From the IMG/VR virus record IMGVR_UViG_3300027798_006580: DNA of 64,000 nucleotides; one strand, given 5' to 3'. Position 1 is the stretch's first letter, and each line of letters begins with the position of its first letter. The DNA comes from a virus. This document shows positions 1-9,105 of this stretch, piece by piece. The notes beneath the pieces are model-generated. The model worked only from the letters and a program-made list of their open reading frames with translations, searched no databases and was not told the DNA's origin. Made by a program: the position numbers and the translations under genes.

Positions 1-27
1 GCCTGCAAGTATGTTGGAGGTTGTTTA

Positions 28-237
28 ATGTCTACTTGGTTTTTAATTATCTTCCTTTCATTGCCCACAGGTGAAAGTGTGGATAAGGTAGCAGTTCAAA
101 TGAAAGGTACTGTGGAGCATAGTTGTGTTAAAGACAAGACTGGTATTTGGCGATACCCTAGCCCAATTGAAGGTGTTGATCGTCACAAAATTTTAACAGT
201 ATGCGTCAGTGAAAAACATTGGCGTGGTAAAGAGTAA
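28..237 (+). CDS. hypothetical phage protein
   Basis: 69-aa ORF with SD-like ggagg upstream. Confidence 0.6.
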   Translation: MSTWFLIIFLSLPTGESVDKVAVQMKGTVEHSCVKDKTGIWRYPSPIEGVDRHKILTVCVSEKHWRGKE

Positions 238-255
238 TACTTTTAGGAGATAAAA

Positions 256-432
256 ATGTTAGATAAATTCATTGTTTGGTTTGGTAATAATCGCAAAGCT
301 ATTGGTTACAGTATTGGCGGCGTTAATGTGTTAAGCGGAATCAATTTCGCTGTCCAAGGAAATTATGGCCTAGCATTGTTATGGTTGATCATTGGCGGTG
401 CTATAATTCTTGACTCCTACGAATTCAAATGA
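256..432 (+). CDS. small hydrophobic membrane protein (not in ORF track)
   Basis: aggaga SD, ATG 256, MLDKFIVWFGNNRKAIGYSIGG..., TGA overlaps next ATG. Confidence 0.6.
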   Translation: MLDKFIVWFGNNRKAIGYSIGGVNVLSGINFAVQGNYGLALLWLIIGGAIILDSYEFK

Positions 433-662
433 ATAATAGAATCGAAGACTTGATGTATCAGTCCGGACTCACTGCCACTGGCTGTTGGGATGAAATGGAT
501 GACTACGCTCACAAGTCCATTGAAAAGTTTGGCAAGTTAACTGTCGAGGATTGTATCCAAGTATTAATCAATCATGGCTACACTGATGCGGCTCGTGCGT
601 TGACCGAAGCTCATTTTGGCGAAGAACCTGAATGGCAAGTATATAAATTTCCGGAGATTTGA
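429..662 (+). CDS. hypothetical phage protein (MNxRI...EKF family)
   Basis: shares MNxRI...EKFxxLxVxxC pattern with 7307 and 7528. Confidence 0.65.
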   Translation: MNNRIEDLMYQSGLTATGCWDEMDDYAHKSIEKFGKLTVEDCIQVLINHGYTDAARALTEAHFGEEPEWQVYKFPEI

Positions 663-985
663 TAATGGGATTTTTTAGTTGGAAGTGTGCCAAATCTGAA
701 AAACCAGTGATGGCAGAAGTTGCAGTACAAGGAACTCCTTGGAGTTTTGCCAGCGATGTTATTGTACTGTTTAAAAATGGCGATCGTATCAGCGGCACCT
801 ATGATGGTTATGGTCGAGTCGATGGTTTCGAACTAATTGATCGCCCAGAAGAATCTTGGCGCATGGTCATAGAACGTTATTACAACGGAGAAGCATTCAA
901 AGAATTGTCACAGAATAAATATGATCAAGGACAGGGATTCTTTTATAGTGACGAAGATTTAGAAAAAGAATTTAGTATTTCATAA
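659..985 (+). CDS. hypothetical phage protein
   Basis: ORF coupled to the previous gene; MGFFSWKCAKS...GTYDGYGRV. Confidence 0.65.
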   Translation: MIMGFFSWKCAKSEKPVMAEVAVQGTPWSFASDVIVLFKNGDRISGTYDGYGRVDGFELIDRPEESWRMVIERYYNGEAFKELSQNKYDQGQGFFYSDEDLEKEFSIS

Positions 986-1003
986 ATGAAGTTTATCAAT
1001 GAT

Positions 1004-1032
1004 TTGACATATAAAAGATTTTAGTGTATAAT
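1004..1032 (+). promoter_or_regulatory. sigma70-type promoter
   Basis: TTGACA-N17-TATAAT upstream of clpP. Confidence 0.85.
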
Positions 1033-1058
1033 TAATTTTTAAAACAAAAAGGAAGTTT

Positions 1059-1679
1059 ATGAGTTTAGTTCCAATGGTTCTAGAGCGCACGGGTAATACA
1101 GAACGTGCCATGGATTTGTATAGTCGCTTAATGCGAGACCGAATCATCATGTTGGAAGGCGAAGTAGAAGATCAAATGGCTAACCTTATCGTGGGTCAGC
1201 TATTGTTCCTTGAAAGCGAAGATGCTGGTAAAGACATTACAATGTTTATCAACAGTCCCGGCGGCAGTGTAACGGCTGGCTTGGCTATCTACGATACTAT
1301 GCAGTTTATTAAACCAGATGTATCTACTTATGTCATGGGACAGGCAGCAAGCATGGGTTCATTTCTAGCGCAGGCAGGTGCACCATGTAAGCGTTTTGTG
1401 CTACCAGAAAGTCGTACAATGATCCATCGTGTTAGTTCGGGCACACGTGGCACCAGTGGATCTATTCACGTACAGGATCTACAGTTTGAAGATCAAAAAC
1501 GTAGCTTTGAGGAAAGTGTGCGAATCAACAAAAGATTGACAGAATTGTATGTGCGTCACAATACCGCTGGCAAGACATATGACGAACTGTTTGCTACAAT
1601 GAAGTTTGATACTTTCCTATCAGCAGAAGAAGCAGTGGCAAGCGGTTTGGCCGACCAAGTAATTTACAAACGACCATGA
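1059..1679 (+). CDS. clpP: ATP-dependent Clp protease proteolytic subunit
   Basis: [43 protein letters not shown] (catalytic Ser), RTMIH. Confidence 0.95.
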   Translation: MSLVPMVLERTGNTERAMDLYSRLMRDRIIMLEGEVEDQMANLIVGQLLFLESEDAGKDITMFINSPGGSVTAGLAIYDTMQFIKPDVSTYVMGQAASMGSFLAQAGAPCKRFVLPESRTMIHRVSSGTRGTSGSIHVQDLQFEDQKRSFEESVRINKRLTELYVRHNTAGKTYDELFATMKFDTFLSAEEAVASGLADQVIYKRP

Positions 1680-1996
1680 TGGACTTCTTCACTGATACAA
1701 TCTTTTGGGTAGTTGTATTTTGGCTGGTTATAAAAATATGGCAAAAGTATCTTACTGCTAAGAATATCATTTTAGAAGAAGAGATCAAAGGAATGGCTGA
1801 TCAAATTAAAAATAATTTTATTCGCGTCGACATTGAAAAACATGATAATATGTTTTATTTGTACGAAAAAGATACCCGAGAATTTATTGCACAAGGCAGT
1901 AACTTTGAAGAAGTCAAGCAACGTTGTGAAGCTAGGTTCAAAGGCAAAGCAGTGGTTGCTGATGAAACTCAAATGAAAATGTTTGATTTTAAATAA
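1676..1996 (+). CDS. hypothetical protein with N-terminal TM segment
   Basis: ATGA overlap with clpP; hydrophobic N-terminus. Confidence 0.65.
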   Translation: MMDFFTDTIFWVVVFWLVIKIWQKYLTAKNIILEEEIKGMADQIKNNFIRVDIEKHDNMFYLYEKDTREFIAQGSNFEEVKQRCEARFKGKAVVADETQMKMFDFK

Positions 1997-2004
1997 TTTA
2001 AGTG

Positions 2005-2034
2005 TTGACAGCCCACTTGAATTAGTGTTATAAT
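2005..2034 (+). promoter_or_regulatory. sigma70-type promoter
   Basis: TTGACA-N18-TATAAT. Confidence 0.75.
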
Positions 2035-2067
2035 TAGGCTGTGTTTTTAATTTAATAGGATAGTAAA

Positions 2068-2247
2068 ATGTCAAATATGACTTGGACAGTAACTTGTGGC
2101 AAATTCCGCAAAGTGTTTGAAGACTTCCAATCAGCAAAGGCCGAGGCAGAAAAGGAATCGTGGCTACAGGACCGTAGTGCGGAGATTAAAACTAACTTGG
2201 GTAAATCCAAGCGAGTTAAAGTTCGCAAGCCATACAGCTTTGCATAA
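2068..2247 (+). CDS. small hypothetical protein (not in ORF track)
   Basis: agga SD, MSNMTWTVTCGKFRKVF..., TAATG overlap with next gene. Confidence 0.55.
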   Translation: MSNMTWTVTCGKFRKVFEDFQSAKAEAEKESWLQDRSAEIKTNLGKSKRVKVRKPYSFA

Positions 2248-2471
2248 TGGGATTTAACGTGTCTTGGAGTGTTAGCAAAATTAAAGGTGACCTCCAGATG
2301 ATGAGTCGTGAATGCTGTTATCCTGGAAATGACGGCTTCACACAATTTGAAATTAAGAAGGACTTAATGGAAATTAAGTTTCTTCTTGAGGACCTAATTG
2401 AAAAGTCACCAAAGTTTTCCGGTGAAGAAGAATGGATGCATGAGCGTCTAATAAATAAACTTTCAAAATGA
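2247..2471 (+). CDS. hypothetical phage protein
   Basis: translationally coupled ORF. Confidence 0.6.
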   Translation: MGFNVSWSVSKIKGDLQMMSRECCYPGNDGFTQFEIKKDLMEIKFLLEDLIEKSPKFSGEEEWMHERLINKLSK

Positions 2472-3316
2472 AAATCAAAGTTGTCTCTGATCTACACTTA
2501 GAGTTCAGTGACGTTAATATTCCCAATGATGAGAACTGTGATGTTCTCATCCTCAGCGGCGACATTATGACAGCCGAGGACCTGCACGACCATCCCGAGT
2601 CTAGTTATGGTATGTACAGTAATGTCAATTTGGATAACTTGGGTCGTAGACAAGCCGTGGCCAAGCGATTCCGTGATTTCCTAAAACGTTGCAGTTTTCA
2701 ATTCCCGCATGTAGTTTATGTGGCAGGTAATCATGAATTCTATCACGGAAGATGGGATGCCAGCTTGGATCATCTACGTGAAGAATGTGCTAAGTTCAAC
2801 AATGTATATTTTCTAGAACGAGATATGAAAGTCATCGATGATGTGGTATTTGTCGGCGGCACTCTTTGGACAGATATGAACAAGCACGATCCGTTGACAC
2901 TTCATGCTGTGCGTGATATGATGAACGACTTTAGAGTTATTAAAAAAGATAAAGCAGGCTTTACTAATTTAAAACCCGAAGACACTGTTGTTCGCCATAC
3001 ACAGACTTTGGGTTATATTAAACAGATTGTCACAGAACATAAGGACAAGAAGTGCGTGGTAGTTGGGCATCATAGTCCCAGTCATTTAAGCACTCATGAG
3101 ATGTATAAAGACGAGTCTATTATGAATGGTGCTTATCATAGCAGATTAGAAGAGTTTATATTAGATCATCCGCAGATTGTAATATGGACACATGGACATA
3201 CTCATTATTGTTTTGATTATGTTATAGGTGAGACTCGTGTTTTTTGCAATCCTAGAGGATATGAAGGACACGAGCCAGACAGTGGTTGGGACAAAACTAA
3301 GTTTATTAACATTTAA
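2468..3316 (+). CDS. calcineurin-like metallophosphoesterase
   Basis: SDLHLE, LSGDI, AGNHEFY, GHHSP, HGHTH motifs. Confidence 0.9.
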   Translation: MKIKVVSDLHLEFSDVNIPNDENCDVLILSGDIMTAEDLHDHPESSYGMYSNVNLDNLGRRQAVAKRFRDFLKRCSFQFPHVVYVAGNHEFYHGRWDASLDHLREECAKFNNVYFLERDMKVIDDVVFVGGTLWTDMNKHDPLTLHAVRDMMNDFRVIKKDKAGFTNLKPEDTVVRHTQTLGYIKQIVTEHKDKKCVVVGHHSPSHLSTHEMYKDESIMNGAYHSRLEEFILDHPQIVIWTHGHTHYCFDYVIGETRVFCNPRGYEGHEPDSGWDKTKFINI

Positions 3317-3324
3317 GGACAAAT

Positions 3325-3840
3325 ATGATTACGCTAAAAGAATGGATGGAAGTGGTCGAGTATCGTGTTACTGAAGGCAGCAACTTTTGCTGGGATTGCT
3401 ATGGAGCAGACTCTTACAGTCTAGACAGTTGGAGCGGTGAACAAGACGGGAATAGCTTCACAGTCATCTTTGATACAAAGACACAAGTTGTCTACGAAGT
3501 TCAAAGTCATGATTATAGGGCTCAACGTGCTTATCGTTTAGTCAATCCTGATTTCAAATCAGAACGTGACACTGAAAGCACTGACCGAAACGTGGCATTG
3601 AACCAAGCATGGGACGATGTCAACTATGTTGATTTGGAAACAGATGATGATTGGATTCAAAAGGCCTTGGCCATTGTTGCAGGTGAGGACTATGATACTC
3701 GTGTTGTTATTCCTTTGGACTTGGAAGACGACTTGGTCTTTACTTTGATGAAAATGGCACATGAGCGTGATTTGACATTCAACGAATTTGTGGAAGAAAT
3801 TCTACGCGAGCAGTTGACCAAACTGGGTGCTAAACTTTAA
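3325..3840 (+). CDS. hypothetical phage protein with possible C-terminal ribbon-helix-helix
   Basis: SD aagga; C-terminal IPLDLEDD...AHERDLTFNEFVEEIL. Confidence 0.65.
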   Translation: MITLKEWMEVVEYRVTEGSNFCWDCYGADSYSLDSWSGEQDGNSFTVIFDTKTQVVYEVQSHDYRAQRAYRLVNPDFKSERDTESTDRNVALNQAWDDVNYVDLETDDDWIQKALAIVAGEDYDTRVVIPLDLEDDLVFTLMKMAHERDLTFNEFVEEILREQLTKLGAKL

Positions 3841-3869
3841 TTGACATGAATTGATTTTGGTGTTATACT
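3841..3869 (+). promoter_or_regulatory. sigma70-type promoter
   Basis: TTGACA-N17-TATACT. Confidence 0.75.
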
Positions 3870-3875
3870 TTACAT

Positions 3876-4235
3876 ATGAAAGTTAAAGTACAAAATCCGC
3901 AGTTTAATCGTCCTGGCATTTGGATGTTTGACCAACCCGAATTCTTCGAATATGAAGGTGATGAGGTACAGGTCAAATGGCTAAATCCAGGACAGATTGC
4001 GTTGAGCACTGGCAATCCAGAATTCCCATTTAGAGTATTAAATAGGTCAACTATTGTTTCAATAAATAATCAAACAATAGAACAAAAAGAATCTACGGTT
4101 AAAACTTTTACTGTCAAAGGCAGTAAAGGCGATACTTATACAGTAACAGTTAATTCTGGTAAAAGTCATTGCACTTGCAGTGGATTTCAATTTAGAAAAT
4201 CTTGTAAACATGTAAAGGAAGTTGATTATGCGTAA
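3876..4235 (+). CDS. SWIM zinc-finger protein
   Basis: CTCSGFQFRKSCKH (CxC...CxH). Confidence 0.8.
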   Translation: MKVKVQNPQFNRPGIWMFDQPEFFEYEGDEVQVKWLNPGQIALSTGNPEFPFRVLNRSTIVSINNQTIEQKESTVKTFTVKGSKGDTYTVTVNSGKSHCTCSGFQFRKSCKHVKEVDYA

Positions 4236-4584
4236 AATAGTATATGGTACTTTAGTACTAATTGCCCTTTCGGGTTGTGCCACACATCAGCAAAGTAATG
4301 AATTAACTGGTGCAGTCGTCGGCGGAGTAATTGGTCGTCAGCTTGGTGGCACTGGCGGTGCCATTCTTGGCGCTGGTGTAGGAACAATAATTGGTGGCCA
4401 ACAACCAACTCAGCGTGGCCAAACCGTGTATGTGGAGCGACAAGTCATTGTGCCAAATCGCAGTTATCAATGCCAACAATACGCAGACCGAGAACGTAAT
4501 TGTTGGAACATGCAATACCGAGATACCCGTGCTATGTGCATAGAGGATGCTCGCCAGCACTATCAAAGTTGCATGACTAGATAA
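4228..4584 (+). CDS. glycine-zipper lipoprotein
   Basis: lipobox LSGC; GAVVGGVIG...GAILGAGVGTIIG. Confidence 0.75.
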   Translation: MRKIVYGTLVLIALSGCATHQQSNELTGAVVGGVIGRQLGGTGGAILGAGVGTIIGGQQPTQRGQTVYVERQVIVPNRSYQCQQYADRERNCWNMQYRDTRAMCIEDARQHYQSCMTR

Positions 4585-4585
4585 C

Positions 4586-5083
4586 CTATTCCAGGTTATA
4601 TAATTTTTTAAGTTCGATCCAATCTAAAAACCAAGTAGCTTGAAAAATTCTTTTATCTTTTAATTGAAGTTCTTTGGCACCGTGTAGGCGCCAACCGGTT
4701 TTTCTATATCTCCAATCACTTAGATCACATGAAACATGATGTGATGTTTTATCACTATTGTTTAGTTTGTTTTCGTGACACAATTTGACTTTGAATTCCA
4801 TCAACGCATTCCAAACACCCATTTTCCTAAATTTAGGAACCGTATATGATAATCTATGATAGATTTTCCATGTTTGATCATTGATGTTGAAATATTTAAC
4901 TAAGGCACTACACCCTGCGAATTCATCGTTAATCTTGGCTATAAAATACCAATGATTGGCATCTTCTTTTTCTATACCATTAGTGTAAAATGAAGTATCT
5001 AAAAATACATTGTCTTGCAACAATATATCTTCAAAAGTCTTAAGGAAATCGTATGTAGTTTCTTGTATAAACAGTTTATTCAT
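4586..5083 (-). CDS. GNAT-like acetyltransferase
   Basis: YTVPKFRKMGVW acetyl-CoA-binding motif; start reassigned to the ATG 5 nt after TATAAATA. Confidence 0.65.
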   Translation of the reverse strand: MNKLFIQETTYDFLKTFEDILLQDNVFLDTSFYTNGIEKEDANHWYFIAKINDEFAGCSALVKYFNINDQTWKIYHRLSYTVPKFRKMGVWNALMEFKVKLCHENKLNNSDKTSHHVSCDLSDWRYRKTGWRLHGAKELQLKDKRIFQATWFLDWIELKKLYNLE

Positions 5084-5172
5084 CATATTATTTATATACC
5101 TGCTTCGCCAACAAAATTGTCTATTTAATAGAAAAAGATAAATAATTAACAAATAACTAAGGAGAAGTAGAT

Positions 5173-5466
5173 ATGGTTAAAGTAACTAAATCTTATACAC
5201 GTCAGAGCACAAACACACCGTGGTTCAATAGCACCGCACAAGCAGAGACACACTTCGCATACATGTCAACTAATCATAATCGTACGTCATCTTTTCAAGA
5301 TAGTGCAAATGGATTGGTCAGAACATATACTATAATATACCCAGATTTTGAGGCATATGCAAGTTTTATCAGTGATGATACTATTCAAAACGGAATTTCG
5401 ACAAGAAAGCTGTACAATTATAATAATAATATAACAGAGAGTTTTGCGGCTAAAGAAACAATTTAA
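5173..5466 (+). CDS. hypothetical protein
   Basis: TAAATA plus strong SD aaggag. Confidence 0.7.
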   Translation: MVKVTKSYTRQSTNTPWFNSTAQAETHFAYMSTNHNRTSSFQDSANGLVRTYTIIYPDFEAYASFISDDTIQNGISTRKLYNYNNNITESFAAKETI

Positions 5467-5495
5467 TTGACATAAACTCCCTGTTATGCTATAAT
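5467..5495 (+). promoter_or_regulatory. sigma70-type promoter (AATTGACATAAA class)
   Basis: TTGACA-N17-TATAAT. Confidence 0.85.
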
Positions 5496-5523
5496 ACTTG
5501 TATTGTAACAAAACGGGGGTTGT

Positions 5524-6195
5524 ATGGCATACTCAACTAGTAAAAAAGTATCTTTTCCCATTAGCCTTGCATGGTCGGCTATCTCTGCCGCCGATCGTAT
5601 CAACGAAGGCCGATATATCAATCAAAATACTCACCCCTTTCCAGAAGGCGCCAAGTTTAACAAAGACTTGGCCATGAGCCTCTGCGAAAATCCCGGTGCC
5701 CTTACAGATGAAGATAAAGAGTTTGGTGAAAAACTTGCCAAGCATTTTTCAGGCCTACTGTTTAAAACTTTGTCAGGTCCGATTGCCAACGGCTTTATGG
5801 CCACCATTGCTAATATTGTTGCCATGGAGTCAGTGGGAAAATATGAAATCGCTTGCATGTCCTGTTTAGTGCAGACATATCGTAAGGACCTTGAGCGTGA
5901 AGTCAAGCAGGAAAAGAAACAAACATTCATGGCCACTTCAATGTTCGTTGGCACAGAAGCCAGCAAGCACGAACTTGACGTAGAAATTATTGATACATTT
6001 TATAGCAAAAACTATAATATTTTTATCAATACTGCTACAGATGGAGTAAATATATTTAAGTTCTCCACAGCACATGGCAAGGATATTTTCCCTGCCAACG
6101 AAAAGATTCGTGTTAAAGGAAGTGTAAAGCGTCATGACGTTGACAAATACACTGGTGTCAAGGAAACTTGGTTAACCCGTGTCAAAAGGATCTAA
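5524..6195 (+). CDS. hypothetical protein with possible C-terminal OB-fold
   Basis: IRVKGSVKRH...ETWLTRVK. Confidence 0.6.
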   Translation: MAYSTSKKVSFPISLAWSAISAADRINEGRYINQNTHPFPEGAKFNKDLAMSLCENPGALTDEDKEFGEKLAKHFSGLLFKTLSGPIANGFMATIANIVAMESVGKYEIACMSCLVQTYRKDLEREVKQEKKQTFMATSMFVGTEASKHELDVEIIDTFYSKNYNIFINTATDGVNIFKFSTAHGKDIFPANEKIRVKGSVKRHDVDKYTGVKETWLTRVKRI

Positions 6196-6196
6196 A

Positions 6197-6394
6197 ATGG
6201 AAGTAAGCAGAATTTCTCAACAATCGATTGAGATATATAATCGTAATTTGGCTAAACAAGCAGACATTCGTCACACAGAGCGAGTGCTTGAAGAGCGCAG
6301 AGCTAAAGAAAATGCAACTATTGCAGAACAAAAACGCATGGAAATGAATTGTCGTATGAATCGCAATGGACAAAACGTAGATAAAATGGCATGA
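6197..6394 (+). CDS. hypothetical protein
   Basis: SD aagga, ATG 6197. Confidence 0.6.
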   Translation: MEVSRISQQSIEIYNRNLAKQADIRHTERVLEERRAKENATIAEQKRMEMNCRMNRNGQNVDKMA

Positions 6395-6508
6395 TTAAAT
6401 TTATTACAAATCGGGAAGGCAGTATCAACTATCCCTGGGAACCAGGCCTACTTGAATGGCTACACGAAAACTATCCCTATAGCGGTTACTATGTCAAGGA
6501 GATTGCGT

Positions 6509-7096
6509 ATGCCTAATTGGTGTTCTAATGTTGTTACACTTACGCACAGTGATCGCACAATGATCAGTCGTGCAGTCAAGTCTGCTCAAAAAGATGCTTT
6601 ATTTAATGAATTTGTTCCTGTGCCACAGGCATTGGCAGACACCACAGAAGGATCATATGGTGATAAGTTAGAACACGCAAGACTAACTGCCCAGCGCGAA
6701 GGCAATGTCAAGACATATGGCTATGCAAGTTGGTATGATTTTGCCATAGGTGAATGGGGTTGTAAGTGGGATATCAGCAATGGCGGCGATGACTACGAAA
6801 TTAAAAAAGTCAATGCTGGTTATGCTGTTACTTTGAGTTTCGATACAGCATGGAGTCCTCCCATTAATTTTTATGACAAGTTAGTGGAACTTGAATTCGA
6901 TGTAGAAGCAATGTACTATGAATCCGGCGAAAACTTTTGTGGCCAATATTTTGATGGCAGCGAAGAAAACTACGACCTATCCAGTTTGACTAGTGCCCAA
7001 GTTAAAGAACAAGTACCAGAAGAACTTGACGACACCTTTGGTATCAGCGAACAACTGGCTGAACAAGAAGCCGAAGAAGAGGAAGAAAATGATTGA
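6509..7096 (+). CDS. DUF1281/YubB-like ferredoxin-fold phage protein
   Basis: MPNWCSN...WYDF...WGCKWD...FDTAWSPP. Confidence 0.75.
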   Translation: MPNWCSNVVTLTHSDRTMISRAVKSAQKDALFNEFVPVPQALADTTEGSYGDKLEHARLTAQREGNVKTYGYASWYDFAIGEWGCKWDISNGGDDYEIKKVNAGYAVTLSFDTAWSPPINFYDKLVELEFDVEAMYYESGENFCGQYFDGSEENYDLSSLTSAQVKEQVPEELDDTFGISEQLAEQEAEEEEEND

Positions 7097-7310
7097 TAAA
7101 GAACTAACATTGACTTGCATTGACAACGGAAAGAAAGTACAATGTCATGTATTAGCTTTTAAAGAACATGCATTCATGGATGTGGCAGTTAATACAGTTC
7201 GTATTAAATTGACTTACAATATGGGCACGTATGCTGGTAGCTTGGGTGGCTACGAGTTTAGCATTAAAGAAAATCAACTGCCACAAACAGGCAAGGAGTA
7301 TCGACGATGA
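7089..7310 (+). CDS. hypothetical protein
   Basis: MIDKELTLTC..., overlaps both neighbours. Confidence 0.6.
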   Translation: MIDKELTLTCIDNGKKVQCHVLAFKEHAFMDVAVNTVRIKLTYNMGTYAGSLGGYEFSIKENQLPQTGKEYRR

Positions 7311-7531
7311 ACGAACGAATTAAAGAGTTGGCTGAACAGGCTAGTGTATCCTCTCTTTGGATGTCCGGTACAGATCAACAAGGAAATCCAATACTTGAAA
7401 AATTCGCCGAGTTGATTGTGCGGGAATGTGCAGAAATGGTAAGAATACAAAATGAGCAATTTATGGAGAATGAATCTCATTATGGAGTTGTCTCGGCAGA
7501 TGTGTTAAAACATTTTGGAGTAGAAGAATGA
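7307..7531 (+). CDS. hypothetical phage protein, paralog A
   Basis: MNERIKELAEQA...KFAELIVREC. Confidence 0.75.
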   Translation: MNERIKELAEQASVSSLWMSGTDQQGNPILEKFAELIVRECAEMVRIQNEQFMENESHYGVVSADVLKHFGVEE

Positions 7532-7622
7532 ACCAACGATTAAAACAACTTGCTGAACAGGCTAGTGTATCCTCTCTTTGGATGTCCGGTACAGATCAAC
7601 AAGGAAATCCAATACTTGAAAA
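7331..7622 (+). repeat. 71-bp identical direct repeat (7331-7401 and 7552-7622)
   Basis: gctgaacaggctagtgtatcc...caatacttgaaaa occurs twice. Confidence 0.9.
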
Positions 7623-7752
7623 GTTCGCCCAGTTGATTGTCAAGGAATGTGTTGCTATTGCTAATAGACAGTTTAGTGCGGCAACGGGATTGGATGACCG
7701 TGACTGTTTGACTGCTCAACAGATGAAACAACATTTTAGAGTTGAAGAATGA
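7528..7752 (+). CDS. hypothetical phage protein, paralog B
   Basis: MNQRLKQLAEQA...KFAQLIVKEC. Confidence 0.75.
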   Translation: MNQRLKQLAEQASVSSLWMSGTDQQGNPILEKFAQLIVKECVAIANRQFSAATGLDDRDCLTAQQMKQHFRVEE

Positions 7753-8147
7753 AAATCGGAACAAGTCTGGGCAAGTGTGTTAAAAGTATACTTGCCGGAG
7801 AAGTCAATGAAGAAGATGTATTGTTCGTTGTCAGCAATACAAACTGCCCTACTATAGAAACATTAATGAATGTCATCGAACAATACTACTATGAACATCA
7901 AGGTAGTGGTAGAAGAGCTGCCTATGATATGAGCGCCTACAGCTTGGCCGATGCCTGTGCCGTTGCTCAACGTTTGTTTGAAAGCGGCAAGCTACATCAG
8001 CCTAGAGCAGTTGTCAAGGGCATGTATAGTAATGCTCATAGTTTGCAAGACACTTGGTATGACATTGTACCTAGTCCTGTGTCAGATAATGAAAGTGTGC
8101 AGTCGGCGTGGAATCACTACACAATGATCAAAAGTCTTGCGGCATGA
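7749..8147 (+). CDS. hypothetical phage protein
   Basis: MKIGTSLGKCVKSIL...GKLHQPR. Confidence 0.7.
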   Translation: MKIGTSLGKCVKSILAGEVNEEDVLFVVSNTNCPTIETLMNVIEQYYYEHQGSGRRAAYDMSAYSLADACAVAQRLFESGKLHQPRAVVKGMYSNAHSLQDTWYDIVPSPVSDNESVQSAWNHYTMIKSLAA

Positions 8148-8758
8148 TTAACTTATTAGGTGAACTGCCCCAGCAACCAGTTATTGCTGTCAGCGGCGGT
8201 GTTGACAGCATGGCTGTGGCAGACTTTATTAGCCGTAGTAGAGAAATTAAATGTGCGTTCTTTCATCACGGCACACCGGCAAGTCAACTAGGATTTGAAT
8301 TAGTATCGCAATATTGTGTGCATCGTAAATGGCCCTTGGCATTGGGACGTATTAGTAGCCCTAAAGTTAAGATAGAAAGCCTAGAAGAGTTTTATCGCAA
8401 TCAACGCTATAGTTGGTTAGATACACTAGGCCAAGGTGTTATTACAGCACATCATTTAGATGATTGTGTAGAAACTTATCTTTGGAGTATGATGCATGGA
8501 ACTGCTAAAATAATTCCTTATCGTAGAAATAAAGTTGTTAGACCTTTTTTACTTACACCTAAAGAGGAACTAATTGACTGGGCTAATCGTAATCAAGTAC
8601 CTTGGGTCAATGATGAAAGCAACAAGGATACAAAATTCATGCGTAATTATGTTCGTCATGAACTCGTGCCACATGCTGTTCATGTCAATCCTGGCTTGGC
8701 AAAAGTTGTAGCAAGGAAAGTAAAAGAAATTTATGAAAGCATTGACACAAATATATAA
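8144..8758 (+). CDS. tilS: tRNA(Ile)-lysidine synthetase, short form
   Basis: PP-loop AVSGGVDS, TAHHLDDCVET, VVRPFL, DESN...RNYVRH; adjacent to an Ile2-type CAT tRNA. Confidence 0.9.
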   Translation: MINLLGELPQQPVIAVSGGVDSMAVADFISRSREIKCAFFHHGTPASQLGFELVSQYCVHRKWPLALGRISSPKVKIESLEEFYRNQRYSWLDTLGQGVITAHHLDDCVETYLWSMMHGTAKIIPYRRNKVVRPFLLTPKEELIDWANRNQVPWVNDESNKDTKFMRNYVRHELVPHAVHVNPGLAKVVARKVKEIYESIDTNI

Positions 8759-8770
8759 ACCTGTTATAAT
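8742..8770 (+). promoter_or_regulatory. sigma70-type promoter of first tRNA group
   Basis: TTGACA-N17-TATAAT. Confidence 0.8.
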
Positions 8771-8804
8771 TGCTACATAAATAAAAGTAGTATATAATTA
8801 TTTA

Positions 8805-8881
8805 GGGACTCTAGCTCATTAGGTTAGAGCAGTGGACTCATAATCCATTGGTGCTGTGTTCGAATCACAGGAGTCCCACCA
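8805..8881 (+). tRNA. tRNA-Ile2 (CAT, lysidine type)
   Basis: cloverleaf, anticodon loop CT-CAT-AA, ileX-like body, CCA. Confidence 0.85.
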
Positions 8882-8887
8882 GAATTT

Positions 8888-8973
8888 GCGAGTATGGAGA
8901 AATTGGTAGACTCAAGAGACTTAAAATCTCTCGCTGTAATGGCATCCCGGTTCGACCCCGGGTACTCGCACCA
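8888..8973 (+). tRNA. tRNA-Leu (TAA)
   Basis: cloverleaf with long variable arm, CCA. Confidence 0.95.
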
Positions 8974-8980
8974 TAAACAA

Positions 8981-9055
8981 CCGGCCTTAGTATAATGGAT
9001 AATACAGCGGTCTTCTACACCGTGAATATGGGTTCGATTCCTGTAGGCCGGACCA
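8981..9055 (+). tRNA. tRNA-Arg (TCT)
   Basis: stem gcggt/accgt, loop CT-TCT-AC, CCA. Confidence 0.9.
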
Positions 9056-9105
9056 AACAAAACTTGTATCATGCAGATTCTTAATTTTAATCGCTAAATA
9101 TCAAC

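Noticed and set aside
8981-9055. Possible amber suppressor (CTA) tRNA
   Set aside because: The 5-bp stem gcggt/accgt centres the loop on TCT; the CTA register breaks the stem.
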